The notes: generated by a model not told the origin, from the letters alone. DNA of 16,901 nucleotides from Ginkgo biloba (GCA_024626585.2 JANKJI020000002.1:235138722-235155622), one strand, 5' to 3'. Numbered from the stretch's first letter, positions 1 through 10,615 are shown. Made by a program: numbers and translations.

Positions 1-1
1 T

Positions 2-310
2 GATAAACAAATTCATAAGGCTTGGAGCAAATTATTCTAAAACTAGGTGCTTGGATTCTTCAAGTGGATTGAGACTGCTAAGAGTTTTTCGACCTAAAGC
101 ATGATTGTCTTAAAAAGAAATTAATACAAAAGAGCCAATGAAGAGGTTGAGGAAGGAAAAGACTAGTTATGAGAATTGATCTAGGATTTAGATATGGCAT
201 AGGAAGAAGTGAAGACTCCTAGGGCAAATGGCCAGATATAGAATTGTGATGGAGCAAAAGTCCAATAATTAGAAAATCCTAACAGGACACTTATTCAACA
301 TCTACAATAG
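2..310 (+). pseudogene. Decayed charged/coiled-coil ORF remnant, probably a retrotransposon accessory ORF (open at window edge)
   Basis: One frame reads DKQIHKAWSKLF*N*VLGFFKWIETAK...YKRANEEVEEGKD*L*ELI*DLDMA*EEVKTP. The stops (TAA/TAG/TGA) would each be Gln or Arg codons with one C>T change, and the E/K/L spacing is heptad-like. No family recognised. Confidence 0.3.
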
Positions 311-533
311 GTAGGGATACCTATTCCAATTGGTGTTCACGTCGGCGATAAACCTTGCCGTTCCTAGCTATAGCTTTATTTTGTGCAAATTGCAGTTGGA
401 ATTTTACAAGTAGTACTAAAGTGAGTTGTTCAACATTTTTCCCCCAACATACAAATTTTGATCCAAGGTTTGAGCGAGGATGCTCAAAGTGAGTCCGGCA
501 AGTTGTATGTTGGAAGTTTGGCATATAATAGAT

Positions 534-650
534 GTAATAGTTTTGGTTGTAATGACATCAGTGTTTTGCTCTTTGGTCGCAGCAGTTTCAATTGCAATAG
601 TTTTGTTCTTCGGTGACAACAGTTCTAGGTCGCAATAGTTGTTCTCTGGT
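534..650. repeat. Degenerate short tandem repeat (GGTCGCAAYAGTT-like units)
   Basis: Recurring units gtaatagttttggttg, ggtcgcagcagtttc, ttgcaatagttttgttcttc, ggtgacaacagttcta, ggtcgcaatagttgttctct. Confidence 0.45.
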
Positions 651-908
651 TGTTAATGCTTTTAGCTATTGTTGGTAAACAATCGATTAAAAGATTCAGT
701 TGTAATAAAAAATCATGACTATCTAGAATGATGTCTTTATGGAAGGATGCATCTTTGGAGTGCGTCCATCTATTGTATTGTATAATTATTGCCTTGAGAG
801 TTGTGTAAAGATCATTCTACCATCAATTAATACAATTCAATGGTTACTCTAGACTATGAACTTGACATTCACTAAGGATAACCAATATGATGGTGAGAGC
901 ATCATATT

Positions 909-2137
909 TGTAATCCCTCACTGTCTGTTAAGGGTACTGATTACATGATTTCTCTTCTGTGTAGAATCATGTATCTTACTCTTTAATGTTCTGTATGCTT
1001 TGCTAAAGTATCGGTCTAGTTTATTAGCGAACAGCCTTCTACAGGACGTTTTGTAGTAGGGGTTTAGAATGGGATATATGATTCTCAAACATTCTAGATA
1101 TGCTCAAGTTGGACGGGTAACCAGCTGCTTGACTTGTGCTATATGATTTCTCTTCTGTGTAGCATCATGTATCTTACTCTTTAATGTTCTGTATGCTTTG
1201 CTAAAAGTATTGGCCTAGTTTATTAGCAAACAGCTTTCTACAGGACAGTTTGTAGTAGGGGTTTAGAATGGGATATATGATTCTCAAACATTCTAGATAT
1301 GCTNNNNNNNNNNNNNNNNNNNNNNNNNNNNNNNNNNNNNNNNNNNNNNNNNNNNNNNNNNNNNNNNNNNNNNNNNNNNNNNNNNNNNNNNNNNNNNNNN
1401 NNNNNNNNNNNNNNNNNNNNNNNNNNNNNNNNNNNNNNNNNNNNNNNNNNNNNNNNNNNNNNNNNNNNNNNNNNNNNNNNNNNNNNNNNNNNNNNNNNNN
1501 NNNNNNNNNNNNNNNNNNNNNNNNNNNNNNNNNNNNNNNNNNNNNNNNNNNNNNNNNNNNNNNNNNNNNNNNNNNNNNNNNNNNNNNNNNNNNNNNNNNN
1601 NNNNNNNNNNNNNNNNNNNNNNNNNNNNNNNNNNNNNNNNNNNNNNNNNNNNNNNNNNNNNNNNNNNNNNNNNNNNNNNNNNNNNNNNNNNNNNNNNNNN
1701 NNNNNNNNNNNNNNNNNNNNNNNNNNNNNNNNNNNNNNNNNNNNNNNNNNNNNNNNNNNNNNNNNNNNNNNNNNNNNNNNNNNNNNNNNNNNNNNNNNNN
1801 NNNNNNNNNNNNNNNNNNNNNNNNNNNNNNNNNNNNNNNNNNNNNNNNNNNNNNNNNNNNNNNNNNNNNNNNNNNNNNNNNNNNNNNNNNNNNNNNNNNN
1901 NNNNNNNNNNNNNNNNNNNNNNNNNNNNNNNNNNNNNNNNNNNNNNNNNNNNNNNNNNNNNNNNNNNNNNNNNNNNNNNNNNNNNNNNNNNNNNNNNNNN
2001 NNNNNNNNNNNNNNNNNNNNNNNNNNNNNNNNNNNNNNNNNNNNNNNNNNNNNNNNNNNNNNTTATAGTTCCATGAATAAATGTCAACATGAATCAGATG
2101 GCAACCCATGGGCTACGTCCGGGGCTGACCCCTTACA
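909..2137. mobile_element. Candidate LTR (TGTAA...TTACA termini) spanning a 759-N gap
   Basis: Starts TGTAATCCC at 909 and ends GGGGCTGACCCCTTACA at 2137, giving inverted TGTAA/TTACA ends typical of Ty3/Gypsy LTRs. It contains a tandem repeat. The flanks atatt and aaacc do not form a clean target-site duplication, and the middle is unsequenced. Confidence 0.4.
945..1303. repeat. 198-bp-period tandem duplication (one full copy 945-1142, partial second copy 1143-1303 running into the gap)
   Basis: atgatttctcttctgtgtag...cattctagatatgct occurs at 945 and again at 1143. The copies differ by a handful of substitutions and one indel over about 160 bp (gaatc/gcatc, tatcggtc/tattggcc, gcgaac/gcaaac, gacgttt/gacagtt). 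Confidence 0.92.
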
Positions 2138-2516
2138 AAACCCTTCAGGCTGACCTCTCCTCTTCTTTACAAGTGATCCCTGTCAGTTATATCAATGATG
2201 TTATCTCCCATAGCACGGGGGAGAATCAGTTGCAACTGTTCTACACGTAATGACTCCTTTTCACTTAATTACTCACTATTATAAACATCTCATGTTATGA
2301 TTAAACTATAATACAAATGGATGACGTTGATTCATCTTTTTAACTTGTAGTCCGAATTATAAATGTTGTGACCAACTTTATGGGGATTGTAACCAGTAGC
2401 TTGAGTTGCCTATGACTGACTTGTTGTNNNNNNNNNNACCAACACTGCAACCAACAAACTGGTACACTTCTCTGCTAAGTCTTCTAGGGGCCAACATATT
2501 TAGCCAATTTCTCACC

Positions 2517-2670
2517 TAAATCTGCCATACTTTGGGGCATACACCAGGGTTACTAATAGAAATGGCTACCAAGAGGCCTATAATCCTTTACCTCATTCGC
2601 AGTTTCTCTAATGTAGATTAGAGCCTATAGTCTGTTTTTATTGTAAGATACCGCAACTTGTAATATGCTC
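2517..2670 (+). pseudogene. Possible degenerate gag zinc-knuckle remnants
   Basis: *ICHTLGHTP at 2517-2546 and, in another frame, PIVCFYCKIPQLVIC at about 2624-2668 resemble broken CX2CX4HX4C knuckles. Neither motif is complete. Confidence 0.3.
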
Positions 2671-3097
2671 TCAACAAAGAAGGTTAATATCCCAAAATAA
2701 TAATTCAGGGTTGAGGCAACAATAAGGGTCTCACATGTCAGGTGGTTAGTTTTATTGTCATGTCAAGTACAACCTCCTTTGTTGCTAGACTGTGGGAACA
2801 TCAATGGGCTAATACACACACATGCATGGCAACTCAAACCACATGCTTTCACATTAGAAACACTACAAAGTGCCCAATTCCTTTTCATTTTTAAGTCCTC
2901 CCCATACAAGCATTCTTCAAATGGTAGTAGCACCTACCTGCATAAACACATAACAAAGTCGTGGAGTTTTAGGCAGAAGATACTTTGCATGAATTTGTAC
3001 TTCTTTTTCACCCCTTACTCTCTAGATCACACAACAGGTGGACCTTTCTACTAGCCATTCATCCACAAGATCATGCAATAAGTGGATGAGTGACATA

Positions 3098-3383
3098 TCA
3101 TGCGACAAGAGGGTTTTTAGGTGATCGTAATCTCTCGATCATATTGTAAGGGCAACTCAGATTGGTATTTGTAAATACAATTTGGGTCGGATTGACAAAA
3201 GGGTTCGATGGATGCATGTATGGATTACCAAATTGTATTCCGGCATAGGAATTTGACATAGGCATGGACAAATCACCTGGATTAGTGGGTCCATGTGAGA
3301 AAATAAATAGAAATTGGCCATAATATGGAACAAAGGGTGGTGGATAAAATAAAGGGTTTTGATAACCCATATAAGGATTTTGA
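3098..3383 (-). pseudogene. Pro/Tyr/Asn/Gln-rich low-complexity coding remnant, likely the N-terminal region of a Ty3/Gypsy Gag
   Basis: Open frame QNPYMGYQNPLFYPPPFVPYYGQF...YAGIQFGNPYMHPSNPFVNPTQ. Its composition and QFGxPY motif match the region upstream of the gag core at 14395-14324 (-). Confidence 0.4.
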
Positions 3384-4723
3384 ANNNNNNNNNNNNNNNN
3401 NNNNNNNNNNNNNNNNNNNNNNNNNNNNNNNNNNNNNNNNNNNNNNNNNNNNNNNNNNNNNNNNNNNNNNNNNNNNNNNNNNNNAAATGGGAGGTTGTGT
3501 GGAAGTGCAAATCTCATTTTCTTTTACTTCCAAACTTCCTCAGCGATGTTGGATTTAGACTGCAACAGAAAACTTAATCAGAGTTGATCTGTTAGTGAGC
3601 CATCTTTCTCTTCTTCCATGAGATTAGAAGAAAATATACCACAAAATTACAAATCTGTTTGGATGCCATTTTGCACAAATAAAATTTTCAACATGAAAGT
3701 AGTGTTTTCGATTTTGAAAGGTAAAACCCCTTGGTACCATTTCTCAGAATTTTAAAATTTGTCTTGCTACATATCTGTTTCCTGTGGACTAAGTCTGCAC
3801 GTATTTTTTCTCTTTATTTTCGTATGTAATTCATTGGTTGGTTTAATCTTTCATCAACTGATTGACTTAAAATATGGGTTTTGGGTTAGAAGAACAGGTT
3901 GAAAGAGCTTGTAGTTTTTTAACTTTTCTATCTTTAGAAGGTTTTCCTGTTTTGATGATTGACAAAGAATGAATTGTCCACTTGCTGGATGACTTCACTT
4001 CCGAGCACAGTTATATCTTGCATTCAATTGTTTTCAGACATCAGTTACATAGCACTTGAATGCTTGAATCTCCCATGCAGATATTATATCTTGGAGTGAA
4101 TCGATACATTTTGTTTGGTATCAAACTAGTAACTGGCCTACTGAACTGTTCAAGTGCATTCTTGTCCTTTTGCAACTCCCACAAAGTCCACTTCTTAACA
4201 CGCCGCCGACTTTACATGAAAAGTCCAGTCACTTGGGTCAGCCACCTTATTGAAAATATGTGATTTTGAGATGATGCCGTAGAATTATGTATCTTTGTTG
4301 TCAATTTACCTACTATTGAAGTTATGTGGATGGCTCGTGTCCAAAAAAGCCTTGTCAAGCATGGATTTAAGCAAAGCACCAGCATGATAGAAGTGGGATT
4401 GCTGATTATCATATAAAATTAGTCTTGATTGTTCTCTTTGACTTCCTAGGCTGTTTATGTGATATGATCCATAAGGACACTGTATTGCACTTTTTCCAAG
4501 AGAGTTGGGTTACTATTGAGCATGCGTTCAACTTCACTGCCCCACACAATACATCTGCCTATTGCCGTATGTGCTTAATCCAGGGACTAAAATACCAAGC
4601 ATGTTCAACTTATGGTAGTTCTCNNNNNNNNNNNNNNNNNNNNNNNNNNNNNNNNNNNNNNNNNNNNNNNNNNNNNNNNNNNNNNNNNNNNNNNNNNNNN
4701 NNNNNNNNNNNNNNNNNNNNNNN

Positions 4724-7310
4724 GAATAGCTTGAGAATTGTTTTCACCAAGATTATCTTGCCCATGTTGGGAAACCATTTGTTGGATTGACTTACAAGCA
4801 TTTTTTCTGGTTTGAAGAGGTTTTCTTGTTATTTTCTTTTTAATAAGAGGAAATAAATATTTGATGAGGTTATTGCCACCCAAGGAAAGCTCTAGGATTT
4901 TTTCCTTATTCTCTATCGTCCCCCAAAAGTAGCACATGCATTTGAAGTTTCAAATTTTGATTCCTAGTGTCCATGAGAAGATTGTCAAACCCTGTTTAAT
5001 TTTAAAACATTTCTCGACATCATGTTTGTTCAAAATAATATTGTCATTTACAAAGAGTGCATGGTATATCCTAAACAATTTGAATTTTTCTCATCCAAGA
5101 TTATGTATAACTATTGATAGGTCTTCTATTACCAAGATGAGCAATGATGGGCGTAAGTGACATCCTTGTTGAAGGCTTCTTGACTTTTGCAAAAATTGGT
5201 GGGTTTTACATTAATCAAAATTGCTTGTTTGATGAATTGGCCATTATCCTACCTTTTAGCCAAGTCCCTTTCCTTTTTGAAAATCCAATTTTGCTATTAT
5301 ATAAAGTAGGACGTGTTTTATTCAAGATTAAGTTTTCTCCAAATCAAATGCAGGTTTACCATTTCTCCATTAGCTTAATCCATCGTATGAATGCCACCTT
5401 AAATTACATTGCTTCTCTTTAAAATGTTTTGTTCCTTATATTGATTCTTTGAGATGACAACACGCTTCCCATTTCCAAAAGTGAGATCTTCGCTATGTTA
5501 TGTTGCAAAGAGATATAGTTCTTTCATAACCTAGACATAAAGGATTATCCTTTTTTGGGTTGCAAGGCAATATATGGTCTATTAATGGTAGGATGGATGT
5601 ACCCTTTAGAGAGGCTTTCATAAGTCATTTTTTGAGGATCGTATTTGATGGTGCCCCAATAATTCTTGTAAACCTCTTTTGGGAAACTGTCTAGATCAAG
5701 CATCTTGTGTTTCTTTGAAGTCTCATAATTAGATGTGATTGTTTTCTTGATTATTTGTTTATGAAATTGGACCACTCAAAGTACTTCATGTAGAATTGAT
5801 CACTTCCATATGATCTTTTCTAGTTTTTCAGTATATGCCATTGTGAGAAAGGTTTGGAAATAAAAGTGCGTCTCTCCTCTTAATGGGTATTTTTTTCTAT
5901 TGTAGATTCATCTTGAAGGGTAAGCATCTTTATTTTTCCCTATTGTTATATAATTTATTTGGGCATGAAAATATTTAGAGTTCTATCGTTTTCTTTCTAC
6001 CATTGAACTTTAGATCTAGTCGTTATCCTCTGTCCTTTTCTTGTTGGAGGTTTTCAAAATAATTTTGACATTTTGATTGAATTTCCTTGGATTGGGAGGT
6101 GATCCCAATTGATTCTTGCCACCATTTTAACTTCTGTATTTCTTAATCTAATAAAGGGGTCTCATTTAATTTTGCCTCTTAATTGGCTACGCCATAGTTT
6201 GATTTCATTATCACGATCTTCATTACCTCAAATAATTTTTTGATTTTGGGGTTGACAATTGTTGATATTTGCCAATGTTTTCTCGACTATATCAATAAGT
6301 TTTGTTAAAGTCTTGTACCTTTAAATAAGAGTTGCTAAATTCAAACTAATTTTCATCACTTTGAAACACAGATTGGAAGAGTTCTAATTTGATTAGAACA
6401 TGACAAGAGAAGCATGGAGCATGCATATATATATATAAACCTGAAGAGTTTAACTAATCACCATTTCTTAGNNNNNNNNNNNNNNNNNNNNNNNNNNNNN
6501 NNNNNNNNNNNNNNNNNNNNNNNNNNNNNNNNNNNNNNNNNNNNNNNNNNNNNNNNNNNNNNNNNNNNNNNAATTCACATAAATATAAGAAGATAAATAA
6601 ATATTATGTAGAATTCTCAAAGTGTTTTTAGATTATGAGTAGACATTTAAAGGTTGGAAGGAAGAAGGATGAATTTGACTCTATATTAAAGTAATGGTAT
6701 ATGAGTAGTAAAGATTAAGTAATTTTGATAAAATATATTGTTGGAAAATGGGAATTCTATTACATCTTGCCATGAGGGTTCCTATAAGGAATAATTTGAG
6801 GTGAGAAGAACAAAAGACAAAATTTCATTGCTTACAATTCTTTTTTTGACATTTCTACTCTTTTTTGAGGTGGTTTCTAACACATTGAAGTTCTCAACCA
6901 TCAACCTCTTTATATTTGGTCATTCATTCTATTACTTCTTTAAGGATGTCCCATAGTTGAGGTTGTTCATTAATGAGATTTTTTGCATAAGTCTCACAAA
7001 GACCTCTATTGACTCCTTGAATGAAAGAGGAGCCCATGCTATACTCTGTCTAGTAGGCATTTATCATTTTTTCCTATAAAAGGTTTTCACATTATGCAAG
7101 GGCCTTTCAAATTTTTTGTAGTTGGGCCACTGATTAGACCAAGCCTTTGCTAGATGAATTCCTCTACTCCTTTTGTGAAATTTAGTTTTATTTTGTTTTC
7201 TTGCAAAACAACAAATAAGATCATTCTTTTATAATGAGCTTCCTTAAAACTTGTTTTCTACTTGTTTAGGAAATCTCCTAAACCCTTAATATCCCAATCA
7301 CTAGCGTCTT
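4724..7310 (-). mobile_element. Heavily decayed L1-clade LINE ORF2 (APE endonuclease, linker, reverse transcriptase), pseudogenised
   Basis: Collinear minus-strand motifs, with canonical forms in parentheses. Endonuclease: WDIKGLG at 7296 (WNxRGLG); LQENK 7206-7192 (LQETK); LWDIL; ENFN 6895-6884 (GDFN); SCHVLIKL 6408 (SDHxPI); FEFSNSYL (FxFENxWL). Linker: RSKVQW*KENDR/KYFHA 6017-5962 (RSRxxWLKEGDRNTKFFH). RT: LDSFPKEVYKNYW (PDGFPxEFYxxxW); INRPYIALQPKK; ISLCNIT 5516-5496; FDLEKT 5348-5331; SRSLQQGCHLRP 5183-5148 (SRGLRQGCPLSP); HALFVND 5063-5043 (HxLFADD); KWFPNMGKIILVKTIL about 4780-4733. Many stops and frameshifts; crosses the 6472-6571 gap. Confidence 0.9.
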
Positions 7311-7743
7311 AGAGGGTGGAATGCTCAAATATCATGTTCAAGCTCAATTTAGAGTCTCTAATTGCTTCGACGAAACTAGTCATTTCATAGGTAGAGCCAG
7401 ATATAATTTGCATGCTAAGCTAGCCAAAACTACTTCTTGCAATATGTTTAGTCCACTAGCTAAATGAGTCATTAGTAATGTTATGTCAAGAACTAGTTTG
7501 GGTTAAGTCCATCCATGCAACATTCATACCTAAATTGAATGCTTAATAAGTTGATCATGGTGGATGGAATGTTTTATAACCGTATTACAATCAGGTCATG
7601 CTAAACTTGTCTTGAAAGGAGTTAAAACAATTAATATGCTTTCNNNNNNNNNNNNNNNNNNNNNNNNNNNNNNNNNNNNNNNNNNNNNNNNNNNNNNNNN
7701 NNNNNNNNNNNNNNNNNNNNNNNNNNNNNNNNNNNNNNNNNNN

Positions 7744-8310
7744 AGGGGCTAAAGGACAACCTTTCATGATGGACTTATGGAGGGTGATTGTATTAGTAAG
7801 CACTCCATTCATAACTACCACTGTCGAGGCATTAGAAAATAGATTTAGAAACATGGGCATAAATTTTGGCCCAAAACCCAACCAAGAAATCATATCGGTT
7901 ATGAAGGCCTAGTCTATTATATCATAAGCTTTATCAAAATCTATCTTTAATAACAAAACTTCTTGCCTCATCTCCTTATCCCACTCAACACTCTCCCAAG
8001 CCATAAGAATGATGTCTAGGATAAAGCGCCCTTTAATAAACCATATTTGCTCAGGCCAAACAATATGGGATGCCACCTTTTATATCCTCATTGCTAACAC
8101 CTTTACTAAGATCTTATAATATGCATTTAATAGCGTAATTAGTCTCCAAGCCCCAATGGAATCATGGGCCTCACCTTTTGGGATCAACTTTATTAAGCCC
8201 TGATTCTGGCGCTCACCCATAGTACCTGAACTAAATACCTCTTACACCATCCTCACCAAATATTTCCCTACCACTGGCCAAATTTTCTTGAAGAACTCAC
8301 AGGGAATATC
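7744..8310 (-). mobile_element. L1/Tx1-like LINE reverse transcriptase fragment (N-terminal RT subdomains up to the QGCPL motif), pseudogenised
   Basis: Single frame of 189 codons with 3 stops (8244, 8082, 7911) and no frameshift: IPCEFFKKIW...NQGLIKLIPK...WRLITLLNAYYKILVKVLA...EQIWFIKGRFILD...LLKIDFDKAYDIID*...SIMKGCPLAP. These are canonical non-LTR RT motifs. The fragment runs into the gap before the catalytic (Y/F)ADD. Confidence 0.95.
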
Positions 8311-9229
8311 TTAGTTGGGGGTATACTTAACGCTTCTATTTTAGATATTTGGCTCTTATTTTAGTGAGTTTGTGGTTGGCATCTTACCTTAGCAATGTAG
8401 CCTATTTTCTATGCAAATGAGTAGTCTCAAAGGATTTCCATGGATTAATTTCACTACTTGAGATGCCTCTCAATTTTGGGTGTTCCGTGGTATTTATCTA
8501 TGGATACCAAGTTTATTTATGGTATTTTGATGGTGGGAGTAACCAATGCTACCATTACAACACTTGTATATTCTCACAAAAGAGATGTTCAATGTGAGAT
8601 GGAGAACTTGCTCCCCAAGTAAGAAAGCCATTTCAAGTAGGATCTAATGTTAAGCCACAAATTGGTTTGAATTAAGATAAGATACACCATCCACTCCGTA
8701 TGTTAGTATGATAAGTGCACCTCTCCCATCATCAAGCACTGTTTCTAGTCACTTATAAATCTAACTCCACTTGAAGAGGGACTTCGATACAGGGTGTGGG
8801 GAGTACTTGGGCTAGTTCGCGATAACTGCTAGAGTGCATTGAGTTTGGTGGGCCTAAATGATAATATGATTTATATAGGGATGATTTACAAATAGTTCAC
8901 AGGGTTATTTATAACAACTTAACACACGACTCGATGATTGGAGAGCCAATAATTCATTGAATTTAATTGACATTAAATTTCACTAATCTACATGGGCTAC
9001 AGTACAAAATTGGTCTAATTTTACAAAATTTTAGAATACTCATTTGGTCAGAAGGACTAAAAAAATAGTGTCCTTCCTTTTATGTATTTGTTTAAACTAG
9101 TTTTCCTTAAGCATGTATATGGAGGTTTTGGTACAAACATAGTACCAACTAGCTAATGTAACTTGTACCAATCCCATTACATCGTAAAAACCATTGAAGT
9201 CGATTATTCAATTGAATAATAAATGCAAT

Positions 9230-10615
9230 TAATCAACAACATACTATTATTCCAAATAGATCTCGTGATATAGTTTTGAATGTATTGATGAGAAGTATTA
9301 TCCTCAAAAGAAGTTTTATACTTCATATTTGATAAATGGGTGGTTGAATAAGTACAACCATATGATTTAGAAGGCGGCATTAATGCCAACATGCCATAGG
9401 AAGAGTAAGCAAAATATATGATTGCCCAAGTTTGAGAGATTATTGAATAACAAAGGATTGAAATGGATAGAAAGCAACAAGAAGAGGTTTAAATATGGCA
9501 TCTTAGTCAAATGCAAGAAGTCATATCAATAAAAATGGGCATATAGTAGGAAGATTTCTACAAGCACTTAAAGATAATATATGTTGAATAAGATAAATAT
9601 CAGTACTAGGCCATATAAATATTTGGCATTATAAAGACCTTCAAAAAATGAGACTAAGAAGATTGTTAGGAAAGAAGCACTTAACATGAATTATGTTAAA
9701 AATGATAGTAGGTTAGGAAGGCCAAAGCGATGGAACTAAGAGAAGAAGATAGGACCCTAATGGATGATTGCATGAGGGGCACACAATGACCGCAATAAAA
9801 AGAAAGCAAGCAACCAAGACAAGTAATAGTATGAGACAAAAATTAAGGAAGTGACTAAGGTAATGATGCAAGAAAGTTGGCATAAGGTTTGGCTACTACA
9901 AACTATAAGTGATATGGGAATGACAATGACCCAGCGGAAGAGAGCCAAAATTAATAATGGACACAATATAGACAAACTTGAAATTCCAAATGTGATTGGA
10001 AAGAAAGCATAGAGCAAAGGTAAGGATAAAGCTATTGAAACTACGAATGACTAAGCAATAGAAGTTTCATTAACAGAGGGCAATAAACAAATCACAAGCA
10101 TGTCAATATCTATTCTATGAAAGAAAAAGACCATGATTATTATGGATTGTAGAGTAAGTGGTAAATTATAATAACTAAGGAAAAATAGGATGTTTAAAAG
10201 AAGAAAGTAGAGTCGAAAGATGACCATGACGCCTCTAATTGACCTTGAAGCTAAACACATACTTCATGATTTGAAGAAAAATATAAATTTATTGAACTAT
10301 AAGTTGGATTATCAGAGGGAAAATAAAGCTTCTAAAATAACAATGGAATGATAAGAAGGACGAATTGAGTGAGGCAACATAGTTGGTGCAAAGTATTATG
10401 AAGAAAGAAGAAAAGAAGGGAAAGAACAAAATGTTGGTGAGCTTAAATAGGAAGAAAAGACCAAGGATATAAAGACAAGATCAAAATAACTAGCAGAACA
10501 AGGAAAATAAATTCCTTAATTGGACAAAGATGAGATTTTATTTGATTAGCTTTTAAGTTAAACAAATTCACTCGTTGAAATGAAAGAGTGGCTAGAAAAC
10601 AAAATGGTTATTATT
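9230..10615 (+). pseudogene. Decayed purine-rich, Lys/Glu-rich ORF, likely an accessory (non-gag/pol) ORF of an LTR retrotransposon
   Basis: Strong A/G skew on the + strand over about 1.4 kb. Readable fragments are ECIDEKYYPQKKFYTSYLINGW, LPKFERLLNNKGLKWIESNKKRFKYGIL and MTMTPLIDLEAKHILHDLKKNINLLNYKLDYQRENK, interrupted by stops and frameshifts. No catalytic motif recognised. Confidence 0.35.

Noticed and set aside
469-488. Hairpin TTTGAGC-gaggat-GCTCAAA
   Set aside because: A 7-bp stem is expected by chance and has no supporting context.
945-1303. Direct repeats considered as a CRISPR array
   Set aside because: The unit is 198 bp, there is no repeat-spacer structure or cas gene, and the context is eukaryotic.
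1201-2153. Four long ORFs (265-302 aa) in the ORF track
   Set aside because: They consist almost entirely of X from the 759-N gap. Other X-containing ORFs are inflated in the same way.
8517-8546. LWYFDGGSNQ resembling RNase H (YFDG) or Copia protease (WYFDSG) motifs
   Set aside because: Isolated match; no flanking motifs in any frame I could read.
8960-9148. Cluster of short inverted repeats (8960-8979, 9051-9076, 9128-9148) as a possible MITE
   Set aside because: The stems are 7-8 bp in AT-rich DNA, with no terminal inverted repeat pair or target-site duplication.
9757-10260. Hydrophobic minus-strand ORFs (86 aa, 69 aa) resembling membrane proteins
   Set aside because: They are the antisense shadow of the A/G-rich + strand, because T-rich codons give Leu, Phe and Ile.
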